DNA from: Takakia lepidozioides
Taxonomy: Eukaryota > Plantae > Bryophyta
Length of the DNA: 64,000 nt
Direction: 5' to 3'
Assembly: GCA_030704615.1 (NCBI GenBank)
Contig: CM060731.1
Coordinates: forward strand, 49,352,001-49,416,000
Below the pieces are notes generated by a model. That model saw nothing but the letters and a program-made list of their open reading frames with translations, made no database searches and had not been told where the DNA came from. The translations under genes and the position numbers were made by a program. Below, in pieces: positions 1 to 11,824 of the stretch (positions are counted from its first letter, which is position 1; every line of letters starts with the position of its first letter).

Positions 1-388
1 TGTCGGCTACATCATGCACCCAGCCTGGAAAGACGTCTGCGAGAATGCAGCAGGGAGTATCGATGTGAGGAGAAGTCCACAGATCTACTACTACTGCCTC
101 AAACAGTCCCGCCAGTTTTTCCTCCATCCCCGGTTGCGTATAGGCCCATTGGTAATTCAAACTTGATACCGACATCCCGTCTCCAAGCTTCACCATCCGC
201 ATGCCCAGGGAGCTGAGCTCCTGTCCATCAGCGATTTTCTGTAGTTCAGCGATATGCAGGTCTGTACACACGTAAGTAATGGTGATTCCCTTGGCAATCA
301 ACCGCTTAGCAGTCTCTAGCAGGCCCCTATAGTGTCCAGTGGCTGGACACGACAGCATTACGACATGGGGAGAAGAAGGTCGACCCAT
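1..388 (-). CDS. UDP-glycosyltransferase (family GT1), 5' part of exon 1 of tandem copy 1 (runs off window edge)
   Basis: ATG at 388; near-identical to exon 1 of the complete copy ([10 protein letters not shown]...GH... at 5485-5098). Confidence 0.85.
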   Translation of the reverse strand, partial: MGRPSSPHVVMLSCPATGHYRGLLETAKRLIAKGITITYVCTDLHIAELQKIADGQELSSLGMRMVKLGDGMSVSSLNYQWAYTQPGMEEKLAGLFEAVVVDLWTSPHIDTPCCILADVFPGWVHDVAD

Positions 389-2712
389 GGGACCTCAGCA
401 AACGGTGAGACAGAGGAAACGTTCTAGTTTACGCACAGAGATGTCAGTTATGAGCGCCCCCGTTCGCATATAGTAGTTCGCCCAGATTGATGGAGCAGGA
501 CTGTCGTGTGAATGGGGTGTTGCAAAGTTTGGATTAAATTTCGGAAGATATCAGCTAATTTGTTGTTAAGAAGATAATCAGTCATTAGGCACACCCTAAA
601 GTCGTGGGTCACGAGGATGGCGATTCTTTTGTCTACGCACCGACACAGCGGAGGATTCTTGAAGTAAAGAAAGGTTATGGACAACAGCAGACCAACTGAC
701 CTAGTAGGTCTGTTGACGAGTGTCCGGATGTGGGTCTGTAAGTAAATATATATCTGCTCTGAGGAATCAGGGTGTGCATGTGCACAGAGAGATAGCATGA
801 ATCCTCTCACAAGACTCTCAGTAAAAACATCTGAAATTTCACTCTCTACATCAATCACAGGGAGGGCCCGCATCAATGACCTAAAGCTTAGTTACAGTTG
901 GAGGAGTATTACTACGGTAAACAACTCTCCATAGAAACTGCAGGTTGACCAACTTTACTGTACAAACTCTCAGTAAGCACATCTGAAATCTGAGTGTCTA
1001 CGGATGTCCCGCATCAATAACCTGAAACTCAATTCTAGTGAACATAGTATATCAGGATCATTCTCACTATCAATCAAGCAAGTTTCAGATGGACTATTGA
1101 TAGCAGTGATACTGGTATCAACGGATTGAGTTGGATAGCCAACGCATATTTTGCGTTTGCCAGAACGCCTTGGTTTCAGTGAAATTTGGAACGTCCGTGA
1201 AACTTTAGGAACCACTTCACGAGGTACCTATCAATTGAAAAGACTGCATGAGTGTCGATTAGGAATTCTTCGCAACATGACAAATCACGTTGTCTGCGAC
1301 CTTTCCACCATGTCGAACTAGAATTCCTCCTCGTCACAGAAAATTAGCGGACGAGACATGATAAACACAGATTAGAATGAGGTTAGTACTTGTGAATGGT
1401 CAGGAATATTGAAGCTAGAGTAATAAGCTTGGCGCCAAAAACAACATGAATGGCCCGGTACCCTACATTCTGGAGTCGTCAGTAATTTCTCTGCACTTTG
1501 TACAGGCTCATTATGGACTCAGAAATAGATATTAGATACATAAATCGCCATGGGTGCAGCCTTTGCCACGCACAAGACAGAGACCCAACGTTTGAGCTGA
1601 GGTCTACAGGCCAGCCTAACTTAACGCTGTAAAGGACCCAGCTGCCAGGGCATGGGCGTCTTATTACACGCTCTGTACAGCCTTGCATTCGCATGCACAT
1701 GACTCTCGCCTACTTACATGCACTTTAACAGTCACAATGAGCAGCAGGAGATGTACTCTTTCCGCGATGACGCACAAGTACACGTAGGCGGCGCGGCCTA
1801 GGGCAGAAACGGGGCAGCCAAGGACGTGGGGCCTCGCGAGGGCAGGCGAGCCGCTATGCGCCCCCACCAAGGCTGAAAAAAAATGAGCCTGTCAAAAGAA
1901 AGGCAATGAGAAAAAAATGCCTGTCACTGACAGTCAAAAACTGGTTCAAAACATGTAGTGCCTGTTTGACTTGATCTCCCTTACAGGGGTACTCGCAGCC
2001 ACAGCAGTGCCAGAAAAAATTTTCTTGAGTCCATCTCCTGCTCCTATTTCAAAAGCATTTGTTGTGGAGGAGGTGCCATATTCAAACCACTGCACCTAAT
2101 TCGCCGCCGCCATCCTGCATGATTTTTTATTTTTTTTGGAAGGAGTCTAAGGGACTTTATTTATAACTATTGGAGGGAAAAAAGGACAAGACAAATCAAT
2201 TCAGGCATGAACAGGTACATAGACGACATGAAAATGCGCCACGGAACCATACACTAAGGACGAGTGGCATAAAAAGTACCACTTCGACACAGGGCAGCCT
2301 TCCTTCTAAGTGTTGATGTGGACCCTCGGTAATACTGTCCAGGGAGATCTCTTTTACTCGACTATAACATGTAAGTTCTCAACTTGGTTGGAGGGATGTC
2401 CACATCGACACTAGAGTACTCCGGTTAAGGGAGAAACATAAAATCTGAGCTACAGTGATAAAGAGAGATCATTTACTTCAAAATTACAATCAACCAAAGT
2501 ATCTACTAATATCTCCATTGGTTTTATCTATTATTTATTTTTATATTATATATTTATTATTTTATGATTCGTTACTATCTTACTTCTGGACTCTTGAAAG
2601 TCCAGATTTACTTAAAACGGAGTTAAAGTCTTGCTTTTAGTTATGGAGAGACGAGAACAGAATGTTTGAAAACTATGCTCTGCATCCAACAGAAGTGCTT
2701 GTGATCAAAGCT

Positions 2713-5485
2713 TCAGTGAATCTGTACGGGGGTCAGCGTCCTAAGATGCTGGATATATACATCCAGATTCCTGTCTGAGGACCCCCCAACTGCCAACGCA
2801 TTGCGTACAGACATCGTCAGTTCCGTCGTCTTCCGTCGCACAGCCTTCCCTTCCTCCTCATGCATCAAACGCCTAACATTCCTCTCAACTTCCGTCTTAT
2901 CCACCACTCCATCTGATCTCTTTCGCATCTCTATAGTCAGCTTCTGATCATGTAGCCATCTGCAACACAGCCGTGGTGGGTCTGTAACTAAGAGACTCTC
3001 GACAAGGCTGACCTCTGAGCAGTCGACCGAGCGTCCGATCACAGAAGCAATGCACAAATATGCACACTTCCCAACATCCTCCCCTTCCACTTAATTAGTT
3101 GGGAAGAGTTACATATAACGACTAGCGCTGGGACAGGGATGAGTCCCAGCTAGCAGAATACTACAGGGCGGTGCCGCATGCTCCAGACTAAAATGAAGGA
3201 CCACCAGCTGAAATAGTTTCTATTTGTGCCTTGTGACACTGCCAGCTTTCCACCACCCACTTCTCTGAGCCCTTTTCTTCCACTGGGAGTACAACCATCA
3301 GTAACAGCTTCAAAATTGTCAAAATGCTCATTAGAAACTACAAAGAGGAGAAACCTGACCTGGCGTTTATGACTTGGTCTCCATGCATTGGCCAACCAAG
3401 GAGGGGCTTGCCAGTCCTAAGAGCCTCCTGTATAGAGTTCCATCCACAATGGGTCAAGAAAGCACCAGTGGCTGCATGGGACAGAATACGCAACTGAGGA
3501 GCCCATCCAGAGAAGCACAACCCACGTCCTTTTGTGCGCTCCTCAAAACCTGATCAGAGGAAACAATGAAGTGGTAGACGTAAGCACAACAACAGTTCCA
3601 CTCCAGCCAATACTACTCGTGGAGCACGAAAGGAAATTCACTCCAATGACTGTTAATCACTTGCCGACAACACTCAATCAAGATTTGCTTAGCCTTTTCC
3701 TGTGTGAGAATCTTAGAACTTGGACCCTGCCTCCCCTCTCTCTACAGAAAATTGTAATACCTCAGCACTAGTCCCACATCTAGTTTACGATTCTGCCTTC
3801 TGTTCTTGTCAGACAAGTCGAAGTGATATGTTTGTACAGTAGACGTAGTATGTCCCTGCACATGGAAACACTGGGATGCCGAAATTGATGCTGAGCCGTC
3901 GCAGCTCTATGTGTTGAATTGCACCGGTCAGCAGAATCAAACTGGAATTTCACTTTGCAACGCATTTGACCACCAACTTGGCTTTTTGCAAGGCATACCT
4001 GAAGGAAGGAATTCGGTGATAGACGATGGTTTCAGCCAATGAGTTGCATTAGAACTGTTTGGAGGCCGCAATATCCATAAGAAAGGTTGCTTGCTGGCTT
4101 CCAGTCCCTGTGCCATCTCCAGGATTTGCGATGCTGAAAGGACGGCAGAGCTTCCAAAAGCGATGTAAACAACCGAAGAAGGGGCTTGGGTATTCAGCCA
4201 TCGCACGCATGGATCTTGCTCTTCGGCTACTTTTGGTATGGTATGAGTGGGTGACTCGGAACTCAAAACGCCAGACCGTGCGTGCAATGGGCCAATCGCC
4301 AAGATGGCCTTTGTCTGCAAAATGTATCTAGGTCATAAGTTACGTGCATGAAATGGTGGCCATGGACAGAAGGCTGGATCCCAGAGGTCATCCACAGTAC
4401 TGAAAGGATACTGCCTGATGAGAGTACTGAAAAAATGTTACGGCATAAAAAATGGGTCTATAGTCTATGACCAAATCAAGGAACATGGAACCTTCAGTTA
4501 AACAACAGAAAACAGACCTTCACTCCCTCTCTGCCGATCACGTCGGTCCTCAGGGCATCCAAGACTGTTCCTTGCAGCTCATCAGCCGTGTTGACCAGAA
4601 CCACCGTGGCCTTAACAATGCGCCTTTGACTCTTGATAACATCCTTGTAGTTGTCTGGATGTGTGAGAAAGGATGGGATGTCCAACGGTGTGAGCTCCGG
4701 GATTCCTGGGAGGAATTTGATGAGCTTCGACTGGTTCATAGGTGTCATAGGTATACAATTCTCTGCAGCAAGCCTGTCCAACTGCCAACCAATGAACACA
4801 TAGGCACGCGTGTGAGTCTAACAACAGCTGTTGCACATGGACCACTCCGCAAAATTCAATATATGCTAGTGACATTAGAGCGTTGGGATAAGTTTGCATT
4901 TGGTTCAAGATTGCGGGATGTACCCCACAAAATTAACTAGTACATCGCGAACAACTTTCTATCAAGGTTCGAATCAGAATGAACTCATCTTGACTGCTGT
5001 TCTCAGCTTCCGTGAATTGGTTGGAATATTACGTTGAAGGTGAACGATAGAGGCATTGCGTTAGGAACGAATAGAACATGCACTGGAATGCCGAACTTGT
5101 CAGCTACATCATGCACCCAGGCTGGAAAGATGTCTGCGAGAATGCAGCAGGGAGTATCGATGTGAGGAGAAGTCCACAGATCTACTAATACTGGCTCAAA
5201 CAGTCCCGCCAGTTTTTCCTCCATCCCCGGTTGCGTACAGGCCCATTGGTAATTAGAAGTTGATACCGACATCCCGTCTCCAAGCTTCACCATCCGCATG
5301 CCCAAGGAGCTGAGCTCCTGTCCATCATCGGTTTTCTGTAGTTCACTGATATGCAGGTCTGTACACACGTAAGTGATGGTGATTCCCTTGGCAATCAACC
5401 GCTTAGCAGTCTCTAGGATGTTCATATAGTGTCCAGTGCCTGTACACGACAAAATTACAACATGGGGAGAAGAAGGTCGACCCAT
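2713..5485 (-). CDS. UDP-glycosyltransferase (GT1/UGT), complete; exons 5485-5033, 4781-4518, 4314-3999, 3549-3360, 2959-2713 (1470 nt, 489 aa)
   Basis: N-terminal catalytic His (TGTGHY); [17 protein letters not shown] motif; full PSPG box [44 protein letters not shown]; GT-AG introns splice in frame. Confidence 0.93.
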
Positions 5486-7013
5486 GGGACCTCCGCAAAT
5501 CGTGAGACAGAGGAAACGTTCTACTTTAAGCAGAGAGACGTGAGAATGCTTCAGTTATGGGTGCCGCTCTTCCCATATAAATAGTTCGCCGAAGAGATTG
5601 ATGGAGCAGGACTGTCGTGTGAATGGGGTGTTGCAAAGTTTGGATTAGATTTCGGAAGATATCAGCAAATTTGTTGTTAAGAAGATAATCAGTCATTAGG
5701 CACACCCTAAAGTCGTGGATCACGAGGATGGGATTTCCTTTGAAAGATTCTATGCACCGGGAATACTTTGAAGTCTCGAACTTCGTGATCGCAGAACTCC
5801 CAAGTTGTCATTGGTAGACTGGCACTGGATACGGATGAACCAATTTACTATGGAGACTACCGAACAATGTTGAAAGAAGTTATAGTACTACCACAGAAAG
5901 AGAAGCTTTATGCAGTCAAGAAATTCAGACATTATTAATTACTTATCAATTGGGAAGGAAGTTCCTGTTTATTGTTAACCATTAGGCATTAATTTATCCG
6001 GAGGAGCTTTGTATGGCCACAGAGAACTGACAGCTGTCTCAACTGAATTGCAGCCTCGGGTGAGCAGCGATTGGCAATGAGCTTTGGGCCAGTGGGCTGT
6101 CTTGGTAAGTGAATGACTGTCTTGAGGAAGGCAGGAATTTTGGGCTGAGCTCTGAGGCTGAGTTGTATTAGTTCAGGCCTTTTCTTTTTCGACATGAAAA
6201 TTTTAGAGTATGTAAAGCTGGTGAGAAGAAGTGGAAACTGGAAACCAGTTAAGTCAGACTAGGACAATTGATGTTAGTATCTGATTTGGGAGGGAGGTTT
6301 TTGAAGTAAAGAAAGGTTGTGTGGACAACAAAACCATCTGAAATCTCAATCTCTACATGCATCACAGGAGGGCCCGCATCAGTGACCTAAAACTTAATAT
6401 TTACAGTTACTAGCTCTCAATAGAAACTGCAGGTTGACCAACTTTAGTGTACAACTCTCAGTAAGAACATCTCTAATCTGAGTGTCTACGGAGGGCCCGC
6501 ATCAAATAACCTGACACTCCATTCCAGTCCTAGGAGGAGGAACCTCAATCAGAGCAGCAGGAATATTACTAAGGTGGTAACCAAACACGGTCACCCACTC
6601 TCTACACAGACTACAGGTTGACCAACTTTAGTGACCATTGATATGGCAGGATCATTCGCACTATCAATCAAGCAAGTTTCAGATGGACTGTTGATACTTG
6701 ATACCAGTGAATGAGGTTAGTACTTGTGAACGGTGAGAAATGAAGTTAGAGTAAGGGCGCCAAAACAACTAAAGCCTGAATGGCCCGGTATCCTACATTC
6801 TGGAGTCGTCAGTAATTTCTCTGCACTTTGTACAGGCTCATTATGGACTCAGAAATAGATACATAAATCCCCATGGGTGCAGCCTTTGCCACGCACAAGA
6901 CAGAGACCCAACCTTTGAGCTGAGGTCTACAGGCCAGCCTAACTCAACGCTGTCAAGGAGGCCAGCCGCCAGGGCATGGGCATGCTTCACGCGAGGCATG
7001 CCTCACGGGTACA

Positions 7014-7379
7014 AGGGATATAACTCAGTTGTTATAGCACAGCCCTTGCACTTTGGGTCGTTGCGCTTACCCATGCCTAATTGTGTAGGCTGTAATGATA
7101 GTATCTTTCACCTAAACTGGTGGTTAACTTTCTCCCAGGAATAGGGAGGAGGAGTGGAAGATGCCACTAAAAAACTTTACCGCGACAAAATGCAGAGAAA
7201 GTAGGCTGGGTAGTTGGTTAGATCTTGTATGGATCCTACATATGGCGATGCATTATCTCTCTTCAACCCTTCAAGCACATGTGAACGAAGAACATGGACC
7301 CACCCATCGTCTCTCCAGCTGGTAGGAACATAGGCACCTGCCAGATCGTCCCATGGGTCATAGACTGACCATAGAACTA
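7014..7379 (+). pseudogene. trnA-UGC: Nuclear plastid DNA insertion (NUPT): degraded trnA-UGC 5' exon plus 5' part of its group II intron
   Basis: AGGGATATAACTCAGTTGTTATAGCACAGCCCTTGCA resembles plastid trnA exon 1. It is followed by blocks I recognise from the trnA intron: TTGGGTCGTTGCG, GTAATGATAGTATCTT, ATGCCACT, AGTTGGTTAGATCTTGTATGGATC, CTTCAACCCTT, GACCATAGAAC. Absent from the duplicate copy at ~1660. Confidence 0.8.
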
Positions 7380-7931
7380 TTACACGCTCAGTATAACCTT
7401 GCATTCGCATGTACCGTACTCCACGTGCCTCCGTACACATGACTCTCGCCTACAAGAGTCACAATGAGCCTGTAGAGTTCTTTCTGCTGGACCAGGCGAG
7501 GCAGTGGCCCTGACATAGGAGGTAATAAGGCCGTCAGTGACGTCTGGGTTAGGGGCCACTGCCTTGCCTCGCTGGCATTTTACGGGGAATCTGCAGCCTC
7601 TGATTAGCTGCAGACCGTAATGACTTGTATGCTTCTGCATACTGTGCCTGCACTGTGGAGTGTAATTCACTGGAAGCAGGACACAATCTGCCCCCCAAGA
7701 TCCTTAACGAGGCCACGGAGTCTACGTGGAAATCAGAGCACTGAAGACCATGATACGAAAGGCGAACAGGCCATTATGCAAAAGCACGTGTTCCTGCACC
7801 GTAGAGTTTAATCCACTGGAAGAAGGACATAATCTGCCCCCGAAACCCTTAACGAGGCCACGGGGTATCCGTGGAAACTAGAGGACCATACTCCTGATCT
7901 TGCGAAGGGGTTCCCCATTACATGTAGCAGG

Positions 7932-8006
7932 TCTTCGAACGCTTAATCCTCGCAGCATGAGTTCCGTGTCCTCACTCTCATGCTGCGAGGATTAAGCGTT
8001 CGAAGA
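7932..8006. repeat. Perfect 30-bp inverted repeat with 15-nt loop
   Basis: TCTTCGAACGCTTAATCCTCGCAGCATGAG (7932-7961) and its exact reverse complement (7977-8006). Confidence 0.95.
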
Positions 8007-9763
8007 GAGTGAGGAGAGCAAGGTTGACAGATGTGTGCTGAACTGGACGTGAATGTGGTCGAGAAGGGCAAATCTGAGTGACTCCAGAATTGCCGGATGG
8101 AACTTGTGTGCTTGAAACCAGCGAGTATGATTATGTTAGTTGCAAATCCGGTACTTACGTGCTTGCGCAGTCCTAAGCTCTTGGAGCTGTACCTTGTTTG
8201 TATCCATTAAATTGCGTTGCTCGCACCAGGGTTCTTGAACTCAATCGAGGCCATTTTTTTCACACGCCAGCAATATTGAAGAACATAATCTTTTGTAAAA
8301 TGTTCAAATGTACTACTGATCAATAGACAAATGAGGACATCTAAAAGTCGAGTAGCCGGGACTGAGCTTGGAGGATGGGTCAACGTCACTGCTGTGTTCC
8401 CATGGAACCGGGGCGTCCTGCACAACCGGGACGCCAAAGCCTGACTGCAATTACATCCTCCAAGAGCCCTGGGATAGGGCACAAGCAGGGAGGGATAGAG
8501 GTTCATGGCCTGTATTCCATTCGCCTTCTGCAAAGGAGGGGGTGGACCAGGTTAAAACTCGGCCTCCAGTCTGACTGTCATAGTATCTTGCGTTCGCCGA
8601 GCGGGAGGTGTACTCTTTCCGCCACGACGCACAAGTGCACGTACTTCACGTACTTGAGATTGATGTACTGTATGCTTCATGTTTGTGTACCGTACCTATC
8701 GTTATGTCTAGTACAATCATCTCTACAGGTGTTATTTCTAGTAGTACCACTTCACACGTTCGAAGCGAGACATCGCCCGTTCAACATTGAAGGATCGGCA
8801 ACTGATCATATTACAGCTCTGTTATGCTATGTCATGTAAAGAAAGGTGACAGGAAATCTTTCGGGTAGAAGCTCAGTTAAGTTGAAAAAGAACTTGAATC
8901 CAAGCTTCAGGCCCTTGGGATGGATTTTTCTCTTGCAGGGCAGCTGGGGTTCAGAGACACAATCCTCACGATGGTTCCTGCATCGATGTGCGTACCAATT
9001 CCAATATGCCGGGAGTGGATATGGCAGCGAATTACTAGTCTTTTATAAAACTTCTCTATCAAACGCCGAGAAAGCGTATTTAAATTCAAAGAGCCATCTT
9101 GTCCACTTCACAATGCATGTGGTTGACATGCCTACATGGACGTTCGGTGACTTAGAGAATGAAGTATACATTCATATGAAAATCGCTTCAATTTGCATGT
9201 AGCGTCGGATACAAAAAGCAGCGACCGGACTGTTTTCTCAGCTCTCAAGAGAGAAAGAAGAGAAATCATCGAGAGCACTGAAAGAGGTTTGTGCGCTTGA
9301 TCAGACCCTAAACCAGCATACACGATAAGCCCAATGTAGGCACGATAATAACAAACTCGAACAGTTCTTACAGATGTCACCTTCTAACAACATTGACAAT
9401 GGCTAAGAACAACATATCGAATTCCACTCCCAAGGATAACTCCTTAGAATTACAAATAGCAGTATTTTGGCGTGCTTCAGTTCCTCAGCTGCCGTTCCTC
9501 CCGGCCGATCAAGTGGAGACGTGCAACAACAATAGTCAAATTAACGCTCAAAACGACTTACAAGTCTCTTTCGAATGTAACGACAGTCCTGAATGATTTC
9601 TCAAAGAAATGGAGTCACCGTTCGAACCAAAAACATTGGAAGAGGATTGAAGTGAGAAAATTACGTCAGCCGAACATACCACTTCAAACCCGTCGGCCTG
9701 CAGCATTTAGAAATGCCATAAATTGCATCATCAGCCCTGACGCCATCTTCCCTGCATGTGAAT

Positions 9764-10540
9764 TTACAGATCTGCAGATTTGCCTCTCTTACCAAGAGAG
9801 CTTGAGAGCATGTTCTGAAAGTCCGGACAAGTGCAACTAGGAAAATCTCCAATAGTAATCTCATAGGTCCTGTCATGAACATCCAATCTAGAGGTCGCCA
9901 TGGTGTGCACCCGCCCATAGCCTGACAAGGGGACATTCACAATTTGGGTGACGCAACAGTGCAGCATTCTAGCAGACTTTATCTTGCACTCATTATCTGC
10001 ACCAGCCTCAACCCAAAATACCGCATTTCCATTTTTTTTTGTGGACCAATCGTTGCCCTGTCGAGGACATGCAGGAAAGTTGGAAGGGAAAGCCATTGGA
10101 GAAACCGGCGTTACGACAGTTGGGCCTCTCAGAAGGCGAAACCTGGGCTCCTCTAGCATGTTAATTTCTAGTTTGGAGAGTGTGGTTCCTAACTTCACTG
10201 GCCACACGGCTGGAATTTGAGGCTTCATTATCACAGAATCCCGAACAGTCCCCATGACACAGCGCACAATGTCATCCGGGCAGAACCAAAACTTGTGAGG
10301 CCTAGACTCTCGCGACATGTAATGCTTGAACAAGCTGGTGAATGTCGAGGCAGGAGTTCCGCATGTCCCCTTCGAAATCTGGGCGGTGCACTTCTGAAAC
10401 GCTATTAGGGTGCCCTAATAGCGACACACTTGACTTTTGATGCTTGGGAGTCCGAACTATATGTCACATTGCCTCTGTACAGTCAGACTCCACTACCAGC
10501 AACATGTTCTCCCCTTCTCCCCGGACTGTAGTGGTTGGAG
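9764..10540 (-). pseudogene. SWIM zinc-finger, probably transposon-associated protein fragment (truncated, frameshifted)
   Basis: YEITIGDFPSCTCPDF matches the SWIM CxC motif; the expected CxH half is missing after KRGK; upstream Cys-rich segment (FWFCPDDIVRC) has stops/frameshifts. Confidence 0.6.
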
Positions 10541-11340
10541 ATTCGAGAGGGAACGATGTTGAAGAAGATTCACCCACGAAAGTGGGGGGGCACATGCACA
10601 CGAGGTACCGAGAAGTTGTCCCTATCGTGGAATTGAGCAGGCCATTAACGAAGCAACGGACTTATGCCGCAAAAACGTTGTCACAGCGTTCACCAAACAG
10701 CTTCGTATAGCTGATCCTAGTCTCGGTGCAGGATTCCTAGACCAAGTGCGGTTCCATTGGAACAAGAGTGGCAAGCTAGAAATGACACATGAGAAGTGGC
10801 ATAGGCTTGCAATGGCAATGGTGGAACCAAAGCACAAGGTGCGATCGCTTAAGATCTAGAACTCTGACCTTGTCCTCTGTTAGGCAAACAACTTTCATTT
10901 CGTGGGGCCTTTCAGCGATGTCGACTGGGACAAGTGGCTCCATAAAGCGACATTTTGGTGCCAGGTGCAGAAGTCATCTTGCCTTTGTCGTCGCAATAAC
11001 TTGCATTGAAATTACAATTGTTTATAAACGCATCGGAACACAAGCTTGTGTCTTGGCAGCTGGAGGAGAGGGGTTTGGAAGTTATGGAGCAAACTCTTCA
11101 TGACTTCAAAATCGAGGTAATTGAGCCCGATGAATCTTTCGGCACTTTCATTTGGAGGTGGAAAGAGATTGTTTGGCAGTATGCCTTCTTCCGTGAATTC
11201 GCAGTAGAGGGGGGAATTCTACGCTCTAACCTGTTCAATGCGCAGTACAATGGGGAGCAGGCAATGAAGCGAGTCAATTACATGTTAGATTGGAACTGCA
11301 TTCCCATTTTTTTTTTTTTTGCATTTTTTTTCCCTCCGAA

Positions 11341-11720
11341 AGGGGACTGGTTCAAACCAGGGTTCAGGCTTGCGTTAACGCAAGCCTGACCAAGAGTGTT
11401 TTTTTTTTTTTGACCAAGAGTTTAATTTTATGTAATCTTTCTGTCCTTGGAGTCGTAGGAAAGGGGACTGGTTTCATACCAGGGTTCAGGCTTGCATTAA
11501 CATAAGCCTGACCAAGAGTGGAATTTTATGTAATATTTCCACCACGTATTCATGTTTGCGTATTCATGTAGCATGCGTATTCATGCTTGCGTTGACAAAA
11601 GCATGAATACGGACATTGGGCACTGTGGGTGAGGGGACTTCTCAGGGCATATAGTGCAGGTGAGGGGACTTCTCTCAGACCTCAGATCAAGCTTGCGTTG
11701 ATGCAAACATGATTCAAGCC
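11341..11720. repeat. Cluster of palindromic motifs within a ~120-bp tandem duplication
   Basis: Perfect 26-bp palindrome TCAGGCTTGCGTTAACGCAAGCCTGA at 11364-11389; decayed copies at ~11486-11511, ~11580-11608 and ~11687-11713. Confidence 0.8.
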
Positions 11721-11824
11721 TGTGTTTGCAATGTGTTTATTCCACAACACGCATAGATATGCTGGCTATTCTGATATCAATATGTGATTGGCTTCTGGTG
11801 ATTTTTTGTTTGCTTTCATCGCAG

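Larger units (their letters stand above)
1..8645. repeat. Tandem segmental duplication of UGT 5' region and upstream DNA (1-~1790 versus ~5098-8645, with copy-specific insertions)
   Basis: Collinear matching blocks: 1-640/5098-5735, ~840-1100/6340-6700, 1375-1660/6712-6980, 1663-1745/7380-7468, 1750-1787/8607-8643. Confidence 0.9.

Noticed and set aside
1788-2112. MITE with GGCGGCG/CGCCGCC ends
   Set aside because: Inverted match is only ~7 bp and no convincing TSD was found.
7014-7050. Functional tRNA-Ala or tRNA-derived SINE
   Set aside because: D-loop GG is mutated and there is no 3' exon or B-box; the following sequence matches the plastid group II intron, so it is a NUPT.
8645-9760. 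Short ORFs as part of a transposase
   Set aside because: No recognisable motif in any frame.
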